A stretch of DNA of 64,000 nucleotides from an uncultured virus (IMG/VR IMGVR_UViG_3300046804_004946) (lineage: Duplodnaviria; Heunggongvirae; Uroviricota; Caudoviricetes): positions 1 to 64,000 of IMG/VR virus record IMGVR_UViG_3300046804_004946; one strand, given 5' to 3'. Positions 63,725 through 64,000 of the stretch are shown one piece after another. How positions within the stretch are numbered: position 1 is the stretch's first letter; each line of letters opens with the position of its first letter. The notes under the pieces are model-generated. The model was not told the DNA's origin. It worked only from the letters and a program-made list of their open reading frames with translations, and searched no databases. Made by a program: the position numbers and the translations under genes.

Positions 63725-63753
63725 TTGACACCTCCTTTTTTTCTTGCTAAAAT
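63725..63753 (+). promoter_or_regulatory. sigma70-type promoter
   Basis: TTGACA (63725-63730)-N17-TAAAAT (63748-63753) with extended TGc. Confidence 0.75.
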
Positions 63754-63776
63754 AGATAGAGGAAACTTTAAAAAAA

Positions 63777-64000
63777 ATGACAGTAAAATTAGTTTTGTTA
63801 AAATCTGGTGAAACCGTGATTGCGGATGTTAAAGAAGTTCACCAGGAAGAAAAACTTTATGGATATTTGTTTACCAATCCCCAAAGAGTTTTTTATGATT
63901 CACCAGTTTTAGTTCCCGAAGAGGAAAAAAATTCAAGTGTTGTAAATGTATCTCTAACCAAATGGATGCTTTTATCTAAAAGTAATCAAATGGTAGTTCC
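63777..64000 (+). CDS. Hypothetical protein (MTVKLVLLKSGETVIADVKE...), 3'-truncated
   Basis: SD GAGG; frame open to the window end; LKSGE motif. Confidence 0.75.
   Translation, partial: MTVKLVLLKSGETVIADVKEVHQEEKLYGYLFTNPQRVFYDSPVLVPEEEKNSSVVNVSLTKWMLLSKSNQMVV

Noticed and set aside
1..64000. tRNA genes and photosynthesis genes (psbA, hli)
   Set aside because: I recognised no cloverleaf/T-arm pattern in the intergenic gaps and no such proteins in the ORFs. The cyanophage assignment rests on gene content and synteny; a tRNAscan-SE run would settle the tRNA question.

Overview
This window is a segment of a T4-like (Kyanoviridae-type) cyanomyophage genome, and every gene I can support lies on the + strand. 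Bases 1-2480 are a sharply GC-rich array of ten tiny ORFs (the first truncated). Each complete ORF has its own copy of a repeated sigma70-type promoter/leader cassette; in seven of nine cassettes the -35 hexamer sits in or at the loop of a GC hairpin whose stem covaries between copies. After an abrupt switch to AT-rich DNA near 2500 come an AbrB/MazE-like gene, a GT-A-like protein and speD. The virion module follows: gp25, gp6, a 4237-aa gp7-like protein, gp8, a VrlC-like protein, gp13-gp23 and gp3. The rest is the replication/recombination module (uvsY, uvsW, gp55, gp47, gp46, peptidase-VWA plus CobS-like AAA, gp45, denV-like, gp44, Dam-type methylase, gp62, regA, hsp20). T4 late promoters (TATAAATA) recur before structural genes. 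I recognised no tRNA, CRISPR array, intron or integrase. All gene calls come from recalled motifs and synteny, not database searches. The most striking element is the promoter-ORF cassette array at 1-2480.
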